Source: Candidatus Multivoradales bacterium (GTDB lineage: Bacteria; Acidobacteriota; Thermoanaerobaculia; Multivoradales; J023). From it: a stretch of 64,000 nt of DNA. The stretch spans positions 3,168,001 to 3,232,000 of the forward strand of contig CBDFLE010000006.1 of assembly GCA_965248925.1 (NCBI GenBank), read 5' to 3'. A program made the translations under genes and the position numbers. Under the pieces are notes generated by a model. It worked only from the letters and a program-made list of their open reading frames with translations, did no database searches and was not told the DNA's origin. This document shows positions 49,037 through 59,227 of this stretch, in pieces (positions within the stretch are counted from its first letter, which is position 1; each line of letters opens with the position of its first letter).

Positions 49037-49960
49037 GTGTTGATCGACAAGCTTCTCACCACCAGGGCGTGGACTCGCCGAGGCCGGCTTGGCACCCTGA
49101 CCGTGCTCTGTGCTGCCGCCTTGGCTGGCCAGCTGTTGACCGCGACGCCGGCCGCGGCCGGCCGTCTGGAGGATGCCTTGCGCAGCCGCTGGCAAGGAGC
49201 CTGGGTGGTGATCCGTGCCGATGTCCGCTCCGCTTGCGGCGAGGCCTACAGCAACAATAGGGTGTCCGGCCGCCTGGTCAGCGGCAAGGGCGAGCAGCGC
49301 CTGGCCCTCGGCGAGCTCGGGCAGATTCACAAGATTGACGTCAAGCGGCAGCGCATCGATGTCTTGATCGACCTCGTTGAGCCCCTGCGGGTGGCCTATG
49401 TCGAGGGGCCCTTCGAGCTCTACCGCCAGGCCGCTTGCAAGATCGAACTCCAGCTCGACGTTTCCCGGCAGGTAGTCAAGGCGGCGCAGGAAGAGCAAGT
49501 CGGGGAGTTCTTGCTAGCCGTGTTGGAGCGCTACGACAGCCGCGCTGAAGCCGAGGAATCTGAGCTCTGGAATCTGCGCCGGGTCGAGCCTTTTCCCGAG
49601 GGCTATGATCGTCTGCTGGCTGACTACGACGCCTGGCGAGCAGAGCAGATCTTCGTCGCGGTGCGCGAGAAGCTGGCTCGGGTGCTCGACGAAGCGGTGC
49701 GAATCGCTGACCGGGCACGCTCAGACGACGCCTACGGCGCTGGTTTTACCACCGGCTTACGCTCCACTTCGGCGCATTACCACACTGCTGCGGACTGCGG
49801 GCTGCTGGTCGACAAGGTCTACTACCCCGGCTCGGTGCCGAGTCCGCCAAGCTACGATTCAAACTCGGCCAGGGATGCTTGGCGGGACGGCTATGGCGAC
49901 GGTCAGGCGTTGAGCTTCCACCTCGATCTGGCGCGTCAACTCGAACGTTGTTTGCCCTGA
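49037..49960 (+). CDS. Hypothetical secreted protein
   Basis: AGGAGG RBS before GTG 49037; signal-peptide-like segment ending TPAAA; four Cys in the mature part; no recognised domain. Confidence 0.6.
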   Translation: MLIDKLLTTRAWTRRGRLGTLTVLCAAALAGQLLTATPAAAGRLEDALRSRWQGAWVVIRADVRSACGEAYSNNRVSGRLVSGKGEQRLALGELGQIHKIDVKRQRIDVLIDLVEPLRVAYVEGPFELYRQAACKIELQLDVSRQVVKAAQEEQVGEFLLAVLERYDSRAEAEESELWNLRRVEPFPEGYDRLLADYDAWRAEQIFVAVREKLARVLDEAVRIADRARSDDAYGAGFTTGLRSTSAHYHTAADCGLLVDKVYYPGSVPSPPSYDSNSARDAWRDGYGDGQALSFHLDLARQLERCLP

Positions 49961-49982
49961 GTTGTTATAGCGGACCGCGCGC

Positions 49983-51338
49983 TCAGAGCCGCAGATCGTA
50001 TTTCTTGATCTTGCGATAGATCGTGGCGCGGCTCATTCCAAGCTCGTCAGCGGCATTCTCAGGATTGCCTCGGGCGTGTTCGAGAGCCTCGGCCACCTGC
50101 CTTTTCTCGCGCCGTTCTGGAGCCGACAAGGCCAGTTCCAGGGGTGAGTCGGAGGGCTCGGAGGCGGTGGCCAATTCTTCGGCGAGCATGCTGGGTTCGA
50201 GTGTTTCGCCGCGATGCAGGACGACGACTTCCTCCATCACATGTTGCAGTTCGCGGACGTTGCCGGGCCAAGGATAGGCTTCGAGCGCCTCGACTACGGC
50301 TAGGGTCAGACGGGGCGCTTCGAGATCGTGATGGCGAGCGGCTCGTTGCAAGAAGTGACGCGCCAACAGTTCGATGTCGCCGGCTCGCTGGCGCAACGGT
50401 GGCAGCCGCAGGCTTACCACCCGCAGCCGGTAGTAAAGATCCTGACGCAATTTTCCGCTCGCTAGAGGGTCGGCGTTGGTGGCCGCAAGCACCCGCAGAT
50501 CGACGGTGTGCGACTCGGCGGAGCCCAGCCGCTGGACGACGTGGTCCTGCAAGAAACGCAGCAGCTTGGCCTGCACGCTGTAAGACATCTCGGCGATTTG
50601 GTCGAGAAAGAGGGTGCCGCCCGCGGCCTGCTCGCAGTAGCCGACATGGTGGTCGCGGGCGCCGGTGAAAGCCCCCTGGCGATGGCCGAAGAGGGCACTC
50701 TCGATCAACTCATGGGGAATGGCGGCGGCATTCACCGCCACGAAAGGACCCTGGCTGCGCGCGCTGGCTTGGTGAATTGCCCGCGCTACCAGTTCCTTTC
50801 CGGTACCGGTCTCGCCGAGGATTAGCGCCGAAGCATCGGTTGGCGCTAGATTGTCGATCTTGCGAAAGATCTGCCGCATCGGCTCACTGCGCCCGATCAA
50901 GCCGTGGAATCCATCGTCTGTGCTCGGCTCAGGGGCACGCTCGATCGCCGCGCGGCGCGCCACCCGGCCAAATTCTAGAGCGTCATTCACCGCTCGCTGG
51001 AGGCGGTCGAAGTCCAGCGGCTTGGTGATGTAGTCGCTGGCGCCGCGACGCATCGAACGGACGGCGTCGTCGACCGAAGTGCTGCGGGTGATCATGATCA
51101 CCGGCAATCTGGGCTGTTGCTGCTTGACCTCAGCCACCAGTTCGGTACCGTCGTCAGCGCCCAACATGACATCGAGCAACAGCAGGTCGGGAACTTGGCG
51201 TTCGAGTTCCAGCCATAGTTCGGCGGCGCTGCCGGCTTCGCGGCAGGCAAGTCCGTGGCGGCGTAGCTTGAGGCTGACGATAGCCCGCAGATCCGGATCG
51301 TCATCGACGATCAGCACGGTGGTGGGTCGCGGGCTCAT
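49983..51338 (-). CDS. Sigma54-dependent NtrC/Fis-family response regulator with Walker B E->Q
   Basis: REC domain (VDDD, LLDV, YITKP), GETGTGKE, GAFTGA, LFLDQI, WPGNVREL and Fis HTH SRATIYRK. Confidence 0.9.
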   Translation of the reverse strand: MSPRPTTVLIVDDDPDLRAIVSLKLRRHGLACREAGSAAELWLELERQVPDLLLLDVMLGADDGTELVAEVKQQQPRLPVIMITRSTSVDDAVRSMRRGASDYITKPLDFDRLQRAVNDALEFGRVARRAAIERAPEPSTDDGFHGLIGRSEPMRQIFRKIDNLAPTDASALILGETGTGKELVARAIHQASARSQGPFVAVNAAAIPHELIESALFGHRQGAFTGARDHHVGYCEQAAGGTLFLDQIAEMSYSVQAKLLRFLQDHVVQRLGSAESHTVDLRVLAATNADPLASGKLRQDLYYRLRVVSLRLPPLRQRAGDIELLARHFLQRAARHHDLEAPRLTLAVVEALEAYPWPGNVRELQHVMEEVVVLHRGETLEPSMLAEELATASEPSDSPLELALSAPERREKRQVAEALEHARGNPENAADELGMSRATIYRKIKKYDLRL

Positions 51339-53512
51339 GCTCTCGACTCCTGAGTCTTGCCGCGGGCGAGCCTGACCGCCGCGGACAGTCGCTCAAGGCC
51401 ATCGCCCGCCGCCGAGCCGTTGTGGCCGCGGGCTGCTGCTTCGATCTGCTCAGCAGCTGCGGCGACGCAACTCACGAGCTGCTTCCAGGCCGTCCAGGTG
51501 GGGCATCTGCCAATCCATCAGAATCGCCTCGAATGGCGAGGTGGTTGCCAAGCGAACCGCCTCGCGGCCATCGCTGGCGATCTAGCAACGCAAGCCCCAG
51601 CGTTCGAGCATGCGCTGGCAGAGTTCGGCCAATGGTGCCGAATCCTCTGCGATCAGCACCCGTCCGGTGAGCGGGGGCAGAGTGGGGAGAGTGGTGTTGC
51701 TGAGCTCCAGTTCGGCGCTTACCTCACGCTCCCCCCAGTCGCCACAACCCACCACCGGTACCCGGACCTCGAAGCGTGAGCCCTCACCGGGGTGGCTTTC
51801 GACGCTGATCGAGCCGTCCATCAGTTCCAGCAGCTGCTGAGTGATCGACAGCCCGAGTCCAAAACCTCGGCGCGCTCCAGCAACGGATGGCTCGAGTTGG
51901 GTGAAGCGCTGGAATAGTCGTGCCTGGTCTGCCGGGCTGATCCCAACGCCGGTGTCGATGACTTGAAAGACCAAGGTCGCGGTGGCTGGCTTTTCGTTGG
52001 CCGCGGTGGTGCCGCCAAGGCGCAGAGTGACGCTTCCCTCCTCGGTGTAGCAGATCGCATTGTAGAGCAGATTCGACAGCACCTGGCGTAAGCGCAGGGA
52101 GTCGGCGGCGAAGCTCCATGGCAGCCATGAGCCGGTGTCGATGGCTAGCTTTAGACCATGTTCGACGGCGCGGGGAGCGAAGACCGATCGCAAATGTGCT
52201 ACCAGGCGGGCCAGCTCGGTGCGTCGCACTTCCAGCTGCAAACGGCCGGCCTCGATGCGGCTGATGTCCAGCAGATCGCTGAGCAAGCGGTTGAGATGCT
52301 GGCCATTGTGGCGAATCACGTCGAGGAACTGCGAGATTTCCTGCGGCTCGTGCCGCGAGTCGCTGAGCAGGTCGACGTAGCCCAACATAGCCGCCAGCGG
52401 GGTACGGATCTCGTGGCTGATGTTGGCCAGAAAGCGGCTCTTGGCCTGATTGGCGGCGTCGGCCGACTCCTTGGCCTCGAGCAGCTCGGTGGTGCGCTCG
52501 TCGACCCGTGCTTCGAGTTCGCCTCCGGCGATTGAACGCGAGGCCTGCTCGAAGCGCAACACCGGGTCAGCGATCCAGCGGGCGGTGACCAACCCGAGCA
52601 GAGTAGTCAGCATCATGGCGGCGAGCGACAACCAGAGGGTGGTGCGGCGCAGCTCGACCAACGGTGCACCAACGGTGCCAGGAAGTCAGATTCGGGCACC
52701 ATGCCCTTGGCGGGTCGCACCAACGAGGCGTCGTCCGCTGAGGAAGCGATCAGCTCTCCCGAGCGTTCGAGGATGTAGGTCTGGCCGCTGCGGCCGATCT
52801 TCAGGCCACGGAGGAACTGGTTGACTCGGGCCAGGGTCAGGTCGACGCCGAGAACGCCGAGCAGTTGGCCGGTCTGGTTGTAGAGCGGTTGGCTGGCGGC
52901 GATGGCCAAGCTGTCTTCGGCAAAGAAGGTGTAGACCGCGCTCCAGGTGGGTCCGCCAGCTGCCACCGCGGCGCGGAACCAGGGGCGTTGTCGGGCATCA
53001 AAGCCCGGGGTCGATTTGAGCAGTTCGCCGGGGCGGCCCGTGGCGTCGGCTCGGTACTCTGTGCGGGTGCCGGCGATCAAGCCAAGCTGGGAGTCGAGGT
53101 CGGTGCTGTCGACGACGATGGTGCCATCGGCGATACGGCCGGCACCGGCGGCGCCGCCGGCCGCCGAGGCCCAGAAAGCAAACGACGGTTCGGGTTGGAT
53201 CGCTAGCTGGCGGTGGAAATGCTGGCCCAGGGCGGTCGGGTGGTGGGAACCAAGCTCGCCGAGTTCGATAGCGGCGGCGGTCTGTTGGTTGATCTGCCAA
53301 GCGGATTCTAGGTGGGCGGCGACGTACTGCTCTATCCGGGCCGTAATCTCGCTACGCAAGTGCCAAGTCACCTGCTCGACCGCTTCACGGCCATTGCGCA
53401 GCGACAACCAGCCGACCAACGCCACGGCGATGAACAGCTGAAGCAGAAAAGGGACCAGCAAGACCGCTCTGAGCGGTAGCTGGAGAGTGCCGGATCGCTG
53501 CGCGCGCATCAT
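51335..53512 (-). pseudogene. Hybrid sensor kinase (dCache-HAMP-HisKA-HATPase-REC-Hpt) pseudogene
   Basis: dCache (FDARQRPWF) in 52613..53512; HisKA (SHEIRTPL) and HATPase in 51582..52661; frameshift at an 11-bp tandem duplication; in-frame TAG at 51582-51584 inside REC, which continues as [15 protein letters not shown]; an Hpt-like tail ends at a TGA overlapping the NtrC ATG. Confidence 0.85.
52657..52678. repeat. Exact 11-bp tandem duplication ACCAACGGTGC x2
   Basis: Read directly at 52657-52667 and 52668-52678. Removing one copy restores VPESDFLAPLVELRRTT in frame. Confidence 0.9.
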
Positions 53513-53609
53513 CGATTCCTCGTCGCCAAATTAACGCAACCGGAAATAGGCCCCTTGGGTTGCACGATTCCTAAGCGCATAAAGTGAGGGCCGCGGCCGT
53601 ATTCAAGAC

Positions 53610-54119
53610 ATGAGCCCTAAGCACTTATCACCTGCCGTCAGCCGGCGTCAGATCTCTCTCGATCCCCGCGGGATCAAGATCCTCGGTGTGGTGACTTGGG
53701 TGGTAATTCTGCTGGGGTTCGTCTGCACCGTGCCGCTGGGAACGAACAAATACTCGTCGGGGGAGATCTTCTTCATCCTAGCCTTCACCGTCGCCGGTTT
53801 GCTCCTCACGGTGGTCAGCTTGAAGAGATTCCGCAAGGTCAGCTTGGCGGGCGACAGTCTCTACCTGGCGGATGCTCGAGGCGATATCCTGGTGCCTTTG
53901 GCGCAGATTGACAGCGTCGACGAGATCGGCGACCGGTCCGGTGGTCACCGCACCTTGCGGATCCGCTTGCGCGAGCCGATCGGACTCGGCAAGGAGTTCT
54001 ACTTCACCGTCACCAACACCGAGCAGCGGCCTTATGAAATCTTCTCTTACCGCGAGCCACATCCGTTGGTCGCGGAGTTGCGCGAGCAGGTCGAGGCTGC
54101 TGTCGCCGCGGGTTCTTAG
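53610..54119 (+). CDS. Hypothetical two-TM membrane protein with a PH-like C-terminal domain
   Basis: Two hydrophobic helices followed by a beta-rich segment (ILVPLAQIDSV). Confidence 0.6.
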   Translation: MSPKHLSPAVSRRQISLDPRGIKILGVVTWVVILLGFVCTVPLGTNKYSSGEIFFILAFTVAGLLLTVVSLKRFRKVSLAGDSLYLADARGDILVPLAQIDSVDEIGDRSGGHRTLRIRLREPIGLGKEFYFTVTNTEQRPYEIFSYREPHPLVAELREQVEAAVAAGS

Positions 54120-55174
54120 AGCCCCAACAACTGCTGGCGCTCGGCGCGACTCGCCGCGATCGCTCGGTGGAGAGTCCACTGGCCGCGGGCTCGGGCCAGG
54201 TGGTGTTCGCCGGCGCTGCGGTAGCGCCCTGGATTCCAGCCAAAGTAACGCTCGGCCAAGGCGTCGGCGGCGAAGCGGCTGGCTAGTTCCAGGCTGATCC
54301 ACTCTGGGCCGAGCAGCAGGGCTTGCCGTTCGGCGGCAGCGAGCAAGCGACCCAAGCCTTGGCAGTAGCCGTCCAGGGAGGCGGCGAAGAGTTCGAGGTC
54401 GAAGCCAGGATCAGGGTCGTCTTCAGGACCGCCAGCGCACCAGGAGCGCCAGGCGTCGCCGAGTTCATGGGCGAGGTGCATCGGCGCCACGGTGTCGAGG
54501 TCGATCAAGCAGATCGCCTGTGCTTGCTCGGCTGCCGCGTCAGCTTCGAAGAGCAGGTTGTCGAGTTTCAAGTCACCGTGACAGATCCGATCGGCGAGCT
54601 GGCCCAGGGGTTCTAGTGTCGCCGCTGTTTGTTGGATCTCCGCCGCCAGGGGAGCGATCTGGTCGAGCAAGCGGTGTCGAGGATGCTGCCGCAGCGCTCG
54701 GTGCAGGGTGTCGAGATGGAAGGGGGTGTCGTGCACGCTGCGGCGCAGGCCGACGAAGTGATGTTGGGCTCCATCTAAAGCACCGTGGAAACGACCCACC
54801 AGGTGGCCCGCTTGCCAGGCTTGGTGGGGGCCGCTGGTCACCGCCCACACGCGTCCATCGACATAGCTCATCAGGCGCCAGACTGAGCCATCGTCCAATT
54901 CTGTCCACAGGTTGTTGTCAGCGGTTCGCTCGAGCCGCGGAGTGGTCAGGCCGGCGGCGGCCAGTTTTTCGGTGACGAAGTTGATGTTGCGGTGCACCTG
55001 AGGTGAGAACACTGGGTTGAGGCGCTGCAAGATAAATCGCCGCCGGTCGCACTCGACCCGGAAAGTATCGTTGATCAAGCCGCCGCCAAAGGGCTTGGCG
55101 GAACCTCCGCGAGCGTTGGGGAAGGCGGCCAGAGCAAGCTCGATGGACTCGGTGTTGGGGGCGACTTTGGGCAT
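54116..55174 (-). CDS. Aminoglycoside phosphotransferase-fold kinase (N-acetylhexosamine kinase-like)
   Basis: GGLINDTF, FILQRLN..F, HGDLKLDNLLF, LIDLDTV, ELASRF.AD and YFGW. Confidence 0.88.
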   Translation of the reverse strand: MPKVAPNTESIELALAAFPNARGGSAKPFGGGLINDTFRVECDRRRFILQRLNPVFSPQVHRNINFVTEKLAAAGLTTPRLERTADNNLWTELDDGSVWRLMSYVDGRVWAVTSGPHQAWQAGHLVGRFHGALDGAQHHFVGLRRSVHDTPFHLDTLHRALRQHPRHRLLDQIAPLAAEIQQTAATLEPLGQLADRICHGDLKLDNLLFEADAAAEQAQAICLIDLDTVAPMHLAHELGDAWRSWCAGGPEDDPDPGFDLELFAASLDGYCQGLGRLLAAAERQALLLGPEWISLELASRFAADALAERYFGWNPGRYRSAGEHHLARARGQWTLHRAIAASRAERQQLLGL

Positions 55175-55269
55175 TGTCAAGTTTGTTTCGTTAACTCCAA
55201 GAATAGCATGGCGCCGCAATGCGGCAGGAAGATGGCAATCGCTCGGCGCAACCGGGGCATAATGCCCTC

Positions 55270-56304
55270 ATGCAGAAGGTTGAAACGAGCAGCAAGCCAA
55301 ACATTGCCGGAGTCGAGCGCTATGAGACTTGTGCCGGTCGGCAGATTTATCGGTTGAGGGTGGAGGTCTTCCCTGGCTTTTCTGGCAATGCCTATCTGGT
55401 GGACGACGGCGACCAGCCGATCTTGGTGGATTGCGGCTCGGGCCAGCCGCAGGCCAATCTCGACCTCGACCGGCGGCTGGCCGAGGTTGGCGAGCTGGGT
55501 CGGTCGATCGGCTGGAGCGATTTGCGGGCGGTGGTGCTGACCCACGGTCACATCGATCATTTTGGTGGCCTGTCCCATCTGCGCCACCACACGGACGCGC
55601 CGGTGCTGATCCACGCTCTCGATCGGCGGCTGCTGACCGGTTATCAAGACCAGTTGTTGGCGGCGTCGCGCAGGATCGACTCGTTCTTTGCCGATGCTGG
55701 AATCGATGCCCAGCGGCGACGGCGCTACATGGAACTCTACAAGAGCATGAAGGGGTTGTTCACTTCGGTCGAGGTCGATGAGCTAGTTGCCGAGGGACCG
55801 ATTCTCGGTGGCGCTCTCGAAGCGATTGCTACTCCGGGGCACTGCCCGGGCCATGTTTGCTTGCGGGTTGACGACGTTCTGCTGACCGGTGATCTCGTGC
55901 TGGCGGCGATCTCGCCCAATATCTGGCCCGAGACAATTACCCCGAGCACCGGTCTGCTGCACTACCTGGAGTCCCTCGACCGGGTGACGGCGCTGCCAGA
56001 TATCCGGCTGGGGTTGGGTGGTCATGGCGGACCCATCGACGACATCGCGGCCCGCGCCCAGGCTATCCGCGCCGAACACAGCGCGCGGCTGGAGAGCATT
56101 CTCGAACTCTGTGCCGAGCCGCGAACGGTGGCCGAGCTGAGCAAGATGATCTTTGGCGAGGTACGCAGCTACCACATCCTGCTGGCTATCCTCGAAACCG
56201 GGGCCCTGGTGGAGTACCTCGAGCTGCATGGTGAGTTGCTGCTGACCAACGTTGCCGAGCTGGAGTTGCCCGGTTCTCCGGCTCTGCGCTACCAAAAAGC
56301 CTGA
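55270..56304 (+). CDS. MBL-fold metallo-hydrolase with a C-terminal winged helix
   Basis: LTHGHIDHFGG, TPGHCPGH, LTGDLVL and GGHG. Confidence 0.9.
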   Translation: MQKVETSSKPNIAGVERYETCAGRQIYRLRVEVFPGFSGNAYLVDDGDQPILVDCGSGQPQANLDLDRRLAEVGELGRSIGWSDLRAVVLTHGHIDHFGGLSHLRHHTDAPVLIHALDRRLLTGYQDQLLAASRRIDSFFADAGIDAQRRRRYMELYKSMKGLFTSVEVDELVAEGPILGGALEAIATPGHCPGHVCLRVDDVLLTGDLVLAAISPNIWPETITPSTGLLHYLESLDRVTALPDIRLGLGGHGGPIDDIAARAQAIRAEHSARLESILELCAEPRTVAELSKMIFGEVRSYHILLAILETGALVEYLELHGELLLTNVAELELPGSPALRYQKA

Positions 56305-56327
56305 ATCGGCAGTCTTTGATGTCGCAA

Positions 56328-58001
56328 CTAGGGTGATTTCGACCACAAGTCTTGAGCAAGGCGAATTAGCCGTGCCAGCTCAGCGGCTTGAGGGTCGCCG
56401 GTTTGGCGAGCTAGCGAGGTGGCGACGGTGGCGAGCCTATCGGCGTCTGGTGGGCTTGCCGCGGGCGATTCACCGAGCAGCAGGCCGTACTCTGCCACCA
56501 GGCTGCATAGCCTCATGGCTGGGCTCGCCGCGGTCCAGTTCAAGGCGAAGTCTTCGCTGCCGATGGGTTGCTCAAGGGTCCTCGCCTCGCCGCCTCCTAC
56601 CGCGGTCCAGCGTAGCTTGGCGGTGGCGATGAGGTCGTTGGGTTGGAGCGGCCGGTGTAGTTCGACTTGCCACATCGCGGTTAGCTGCTGGCCGTTGCCG
56701 ACTGCACCTCCAGTCGCCGAGTAGGCGCTGAGTCGCGGCTCGACGGAATTGGCTCGGCTAGCAGGGTTGGCAGTGCCAGGGTCCCGATAGCCCAACAAGC
56801 GATAGCTCGATACCGACCGTGGATCGAATTCAATCCATGCCTGGGCGGCGGTGGCAATCTTCCGGCGGTCCGGAGAGGGCCCCTGGTCGACGATCCCGGC
56901 CCGGCGACTGGTGATCGTCACCCGGAGCAGGTATTTGGGTGCGCCGCCAGCGAAGATCGAGGGGGCGCCTTCGACCCGCAGCGCAAAGTCGGCTGTCGTC
57001 GGCGCGGTGTCGCCGTAATCGAAGTGGTTCAACAACTGCTCGATCCGCACTGTTTCACGGGGTGGCATTTGGCCTGCTTCGAGGGAGGACCGCAAGACCG
57101 CGAAGGAGGTGTTGCCGACCTCCAGCCCAAAGTTGGAAAGAGGGGAGTCGTCAGGGTCGAAGAGCGGTTGAGAACCGCTGCTCGGTGACGGGGCTAGCCG
57201 CACTTGAGCGAGCTGCTCTTCGAGTTGCCGGGAGTGATGAATCGTGGCGGTCGATCGCCTGCGGGCCGCCTGCACCTCGATATCTTGCAACTCATTGAGC
57301 GGCGCCGCGGTGGTGGCGACGCGGTGGGTCGCCTGGTCAATGCTGGGAGGTGGCGTCTTGGCTAGTGGTGACGAGCGTGCTAGGTCGGTGGCGATCTCGG
57401 CCGCGGCTCGTTGCGGCTCTTGCAGCCGTGGCTTCGCGGTGGAAACCGATGGGGCTTGCTTGCTCAACCTTCTCTGGGCGAGCGCCGCCTCGTTGAGCTC
57501 TGCGGGTGCTATGGCTGCTGGTGCCGAGAGGGCCGCGGTTGCGGCCGCCTGGGTCGCAGGTACTGCTGGCGGCGCGGAATCTGCGCGGCGAACATGAGTC
57601 TGCTCGGCCGCCACGGTGGGCGGGTCGGTGGGCGGAAGTTCCTTCGGTGTAGTCTTGCTGGGCGAGGTTGTTGGCGCTGGCGGCGCCATGGTCTGGGCCG
57701 CTCCAAGATCAGCCGCGCGCTCGAATCCTCCGTCGCGGGTCATCGGCTGGCCTACTTGCAGGTAGAGCCAGCCGGCGCCGATCACGCCGATCAGGCTGGC
57801 GGCGAGCAGACGGAGTCGTGGCCAGCGACGTTGGCCCGGTGGCGGTTTGCTGAAGGGGTCGGCTGGTGGTAGCTCCAGCTGTTCCGGAATCTCAGCTTGA
57901 ATGCGTTCGAGGAGGTCCGGGGGAACTGCAATGTCGGTCGACGGTGGCGCCGGGTAATGGCGCAACAGCTGGCGTAGGTTGGCATCGGTCAGTCTGCTCA
58001 T
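56328..58001 (-). CDS. Anti-sigma-like membrane protein with YfbK-type (vWF_A N-terminal + DUF3520) C-terminus
   Basis: Start moved to ATG 58001 (TGATG coupling with the sigma gene); PPDLLERI, TM (LLAASLIGVIGAGWLY), Ala/Pro linker, PLSNFGLEV...VRIEQLLNHFDY, IEFDP..V.SYRLLGY and VAEYGLLL. Confidence 0.8.
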   Translation of the reverse strand: MSRLTDANLRQLLRHYPAPPSTDIAVPPDLLERIQAEIPEQLELPPADPFSKPPPGQRRWPRLRLLAASLIGVIGAGWLYLQVGQPMTRDGGFERAADLGAAQTMAPPAPTTSPSKTTPKELPPTDPPTVAAEQTHVRRADSAPPAVPATQAAATAALSAPAAIAPAELNEAALAQRRLSKQAPSVSTAKPRLQEPQRAAAEIATDLARSSPLAKTPPPSIDQATHRVATTAAPLNELQDIEVQAARRRSTATIHHSRQLEEQLAQVRLAPSPSSGSQPLFDPDDSPLSNFGLEVGNTSFAVLRSSLEAGQMPPRETVRIEQLLNHFDYGDTAPTTADFALRVEGAPSIFAGGAPKYLLRVTITSRRAGIVDQGPSPDRRKIATAAQAWIEFDPRSVSSYRLLGYRDPGTANPASRANSVEPRLSAYSATGGAVGNGQQLTAMWQVELHRPLQPNDLIATAKLRWTAVGGGEARTLEQPIGSEDFALNWTAASPAMRLCSLVAEYGLLLGESPAASPPDADRLATVATSLARQTGDPQAAELARLIRLAQDLWSKSP

Positions 58002-58600
58002 CACGGGTTTTCCTCCAGGGTTACCCGTAGCCAACCCATGGCCCTTTTCAGGCGTTTGCGGATGGCGGCGCCGGTCACCTTCTCGGAACGGGCGATCTCG
58101 GCCACCGAACAGTCGCCCCAGAACCGTGCGCAAACGGTGAAGCGGAGTTCCTCGGGCAGGCCGACGACCGCTCGGCGCAAGCGGTCGGCAACCTCGCCGC
58201 GGTCGAGGCTTTGGTCTTGGCCGGGGGCTGGATCGCGCAGGACGGCCGCTTGCTCTTCGGCTAATGGCTCGACCGGTTGAGGCCGCCGGATGTGGTTGAG
58301 GAAAGTGGTGTAGGCGATGCGGTAAAGCCAGGTGGCGAGGCGGGAGCCGCCGCGAAACCCCGGCAGCGCCTTCCATGCCTTGCGGTAGGTCTCTTGGGTC
58401 AGATCAGCAGCCAGCTCGCGATCACCACCGGTGAGGCGGAAAAGGGCGGTGAAAGTGGTGCGGTAGGTGCTGGCGGCGAGCTGCTCCGCGGCTTGCCGGT
58501 CGCCGCGGCCGAAGGCGGCCAGAAGGCGGTTTTCTTGCTGTGCTTCGAGCATGGTTGATGCCACGGCCAGGGGGTCGGGGAGTGCGCTCAATCTTGCCAT
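58001..58600 (-). CDS. ECF RNA polymerase sigma factor
   Basis: AADLTQETYRKAW, LATWLYRIAY and region 4 SVAEIA...AIRKRLKRA; AAGGAG RBS before ATG 58600. Confidence 0.92.
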   Translation of the reverse strand: MARLSALPDPLAVASTMLEAQQENRLLAAFGRGDRQAAEQLAASTYRTTFTALFRLTGGDRELAADLTQETYRKAWKALPGFRGGSRLATWLYRIAYTTFLNHIRRPQPVEPLAEEQAAVLRDPAPGQDQSLDRGEVADRLRRAVVGLPEELRFTVCARFWGDCSVAEIARSEKVTGAAIRKRLKRAMGWLRVTLEENP

Positions 58601-58705
58601 CGCACTCCTTTGGACACCGGCGCCGCCGAAAATGCAACTAGCGCGGGCCGGTGCCATGACTGAAGGCTCCTCCCGCTGCCCTGTCGTGGCTCGGTCGCGC
58701 CGATC

Positions 58706-59056
58706 TCAGCGCTTGCGGCGGAAGGCCCGGCGGAGGCGGTCGGTGAAGGTCGTCGCGCTCTTCAGTGACGGCTGCTCGCCATGGAGATAGGTGTCGAGCT
58801 TGCCACGGGCAATCGCCGCTTCGATGGTATGCAAGATCTTCTCAATCTTCATCCGCACCGCCTGCTCCTGGTCCTGTTCTTCCAGCGCCTGCTCGATGAT
58901 TTCGCTGTAGGAGATCCGCTTTAGCCACAACACGGTGCCATGGTCGTAGATCTTCACTTCAAAGGAGGCCGCCGCTACCCCCAGGTCTTCGGCCTGGATG
59001 TGGTAGGTCAGGTCCTGATGTTGGAAGTATCGATTGAGACAGGGGATCAGTGCCAT
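58706..59056 (-). CDS. Conserved hypothetical protein (YHIQxED motif)
   Basis: LNRYFQHQDLTYHIQAEDLG...IY..G.VL..KR.SY...H...I..GKLD, a pattern I recall from uncharacterised acidobacterial and myxobacterial proteins. Confidence 0.65.
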   Translation of the reverse strand: MALIPCLNRYFQHQDLTYHIQAEDLGVAAASFEVKIYDHGTVLWLKRISYSEIIEQALEEQDQEQAVRMKIEKILHTIEAAIARGKLDTYLHGEQPSLKSATTFTDRLRRAFRRKR

Positions 59057-59227
59057 GGCATTGCAATCCTGGGGGGGTTGAGGAAGGTCAAGAATAGAGC
59101 ATATCAGGCCCAAGAAAGGGCAGAGTGATCTGAAATATATGCGCGTCAGCGGCGTTTCTAGAAACAAGGCCAGCTTTCAGGCCGGTCCACGAGATGATCT
59201 CGTGGCCGACGAACGGAGGATTTAGAT

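Noticed and set aside
52657-52678. 11-bp duplication as a phase-variation switch
   Set aside because: The same gene also has a nonsense codon and apparent deletions, so reversion would not restore a full protein.
58002-58376. N-terminal extension of the 682-aa ORF, which could suggest a larger fusion
   Set aside because: It is an alternate frame of the ECF sigma gene; TGATG coupling places the real start at 58001.
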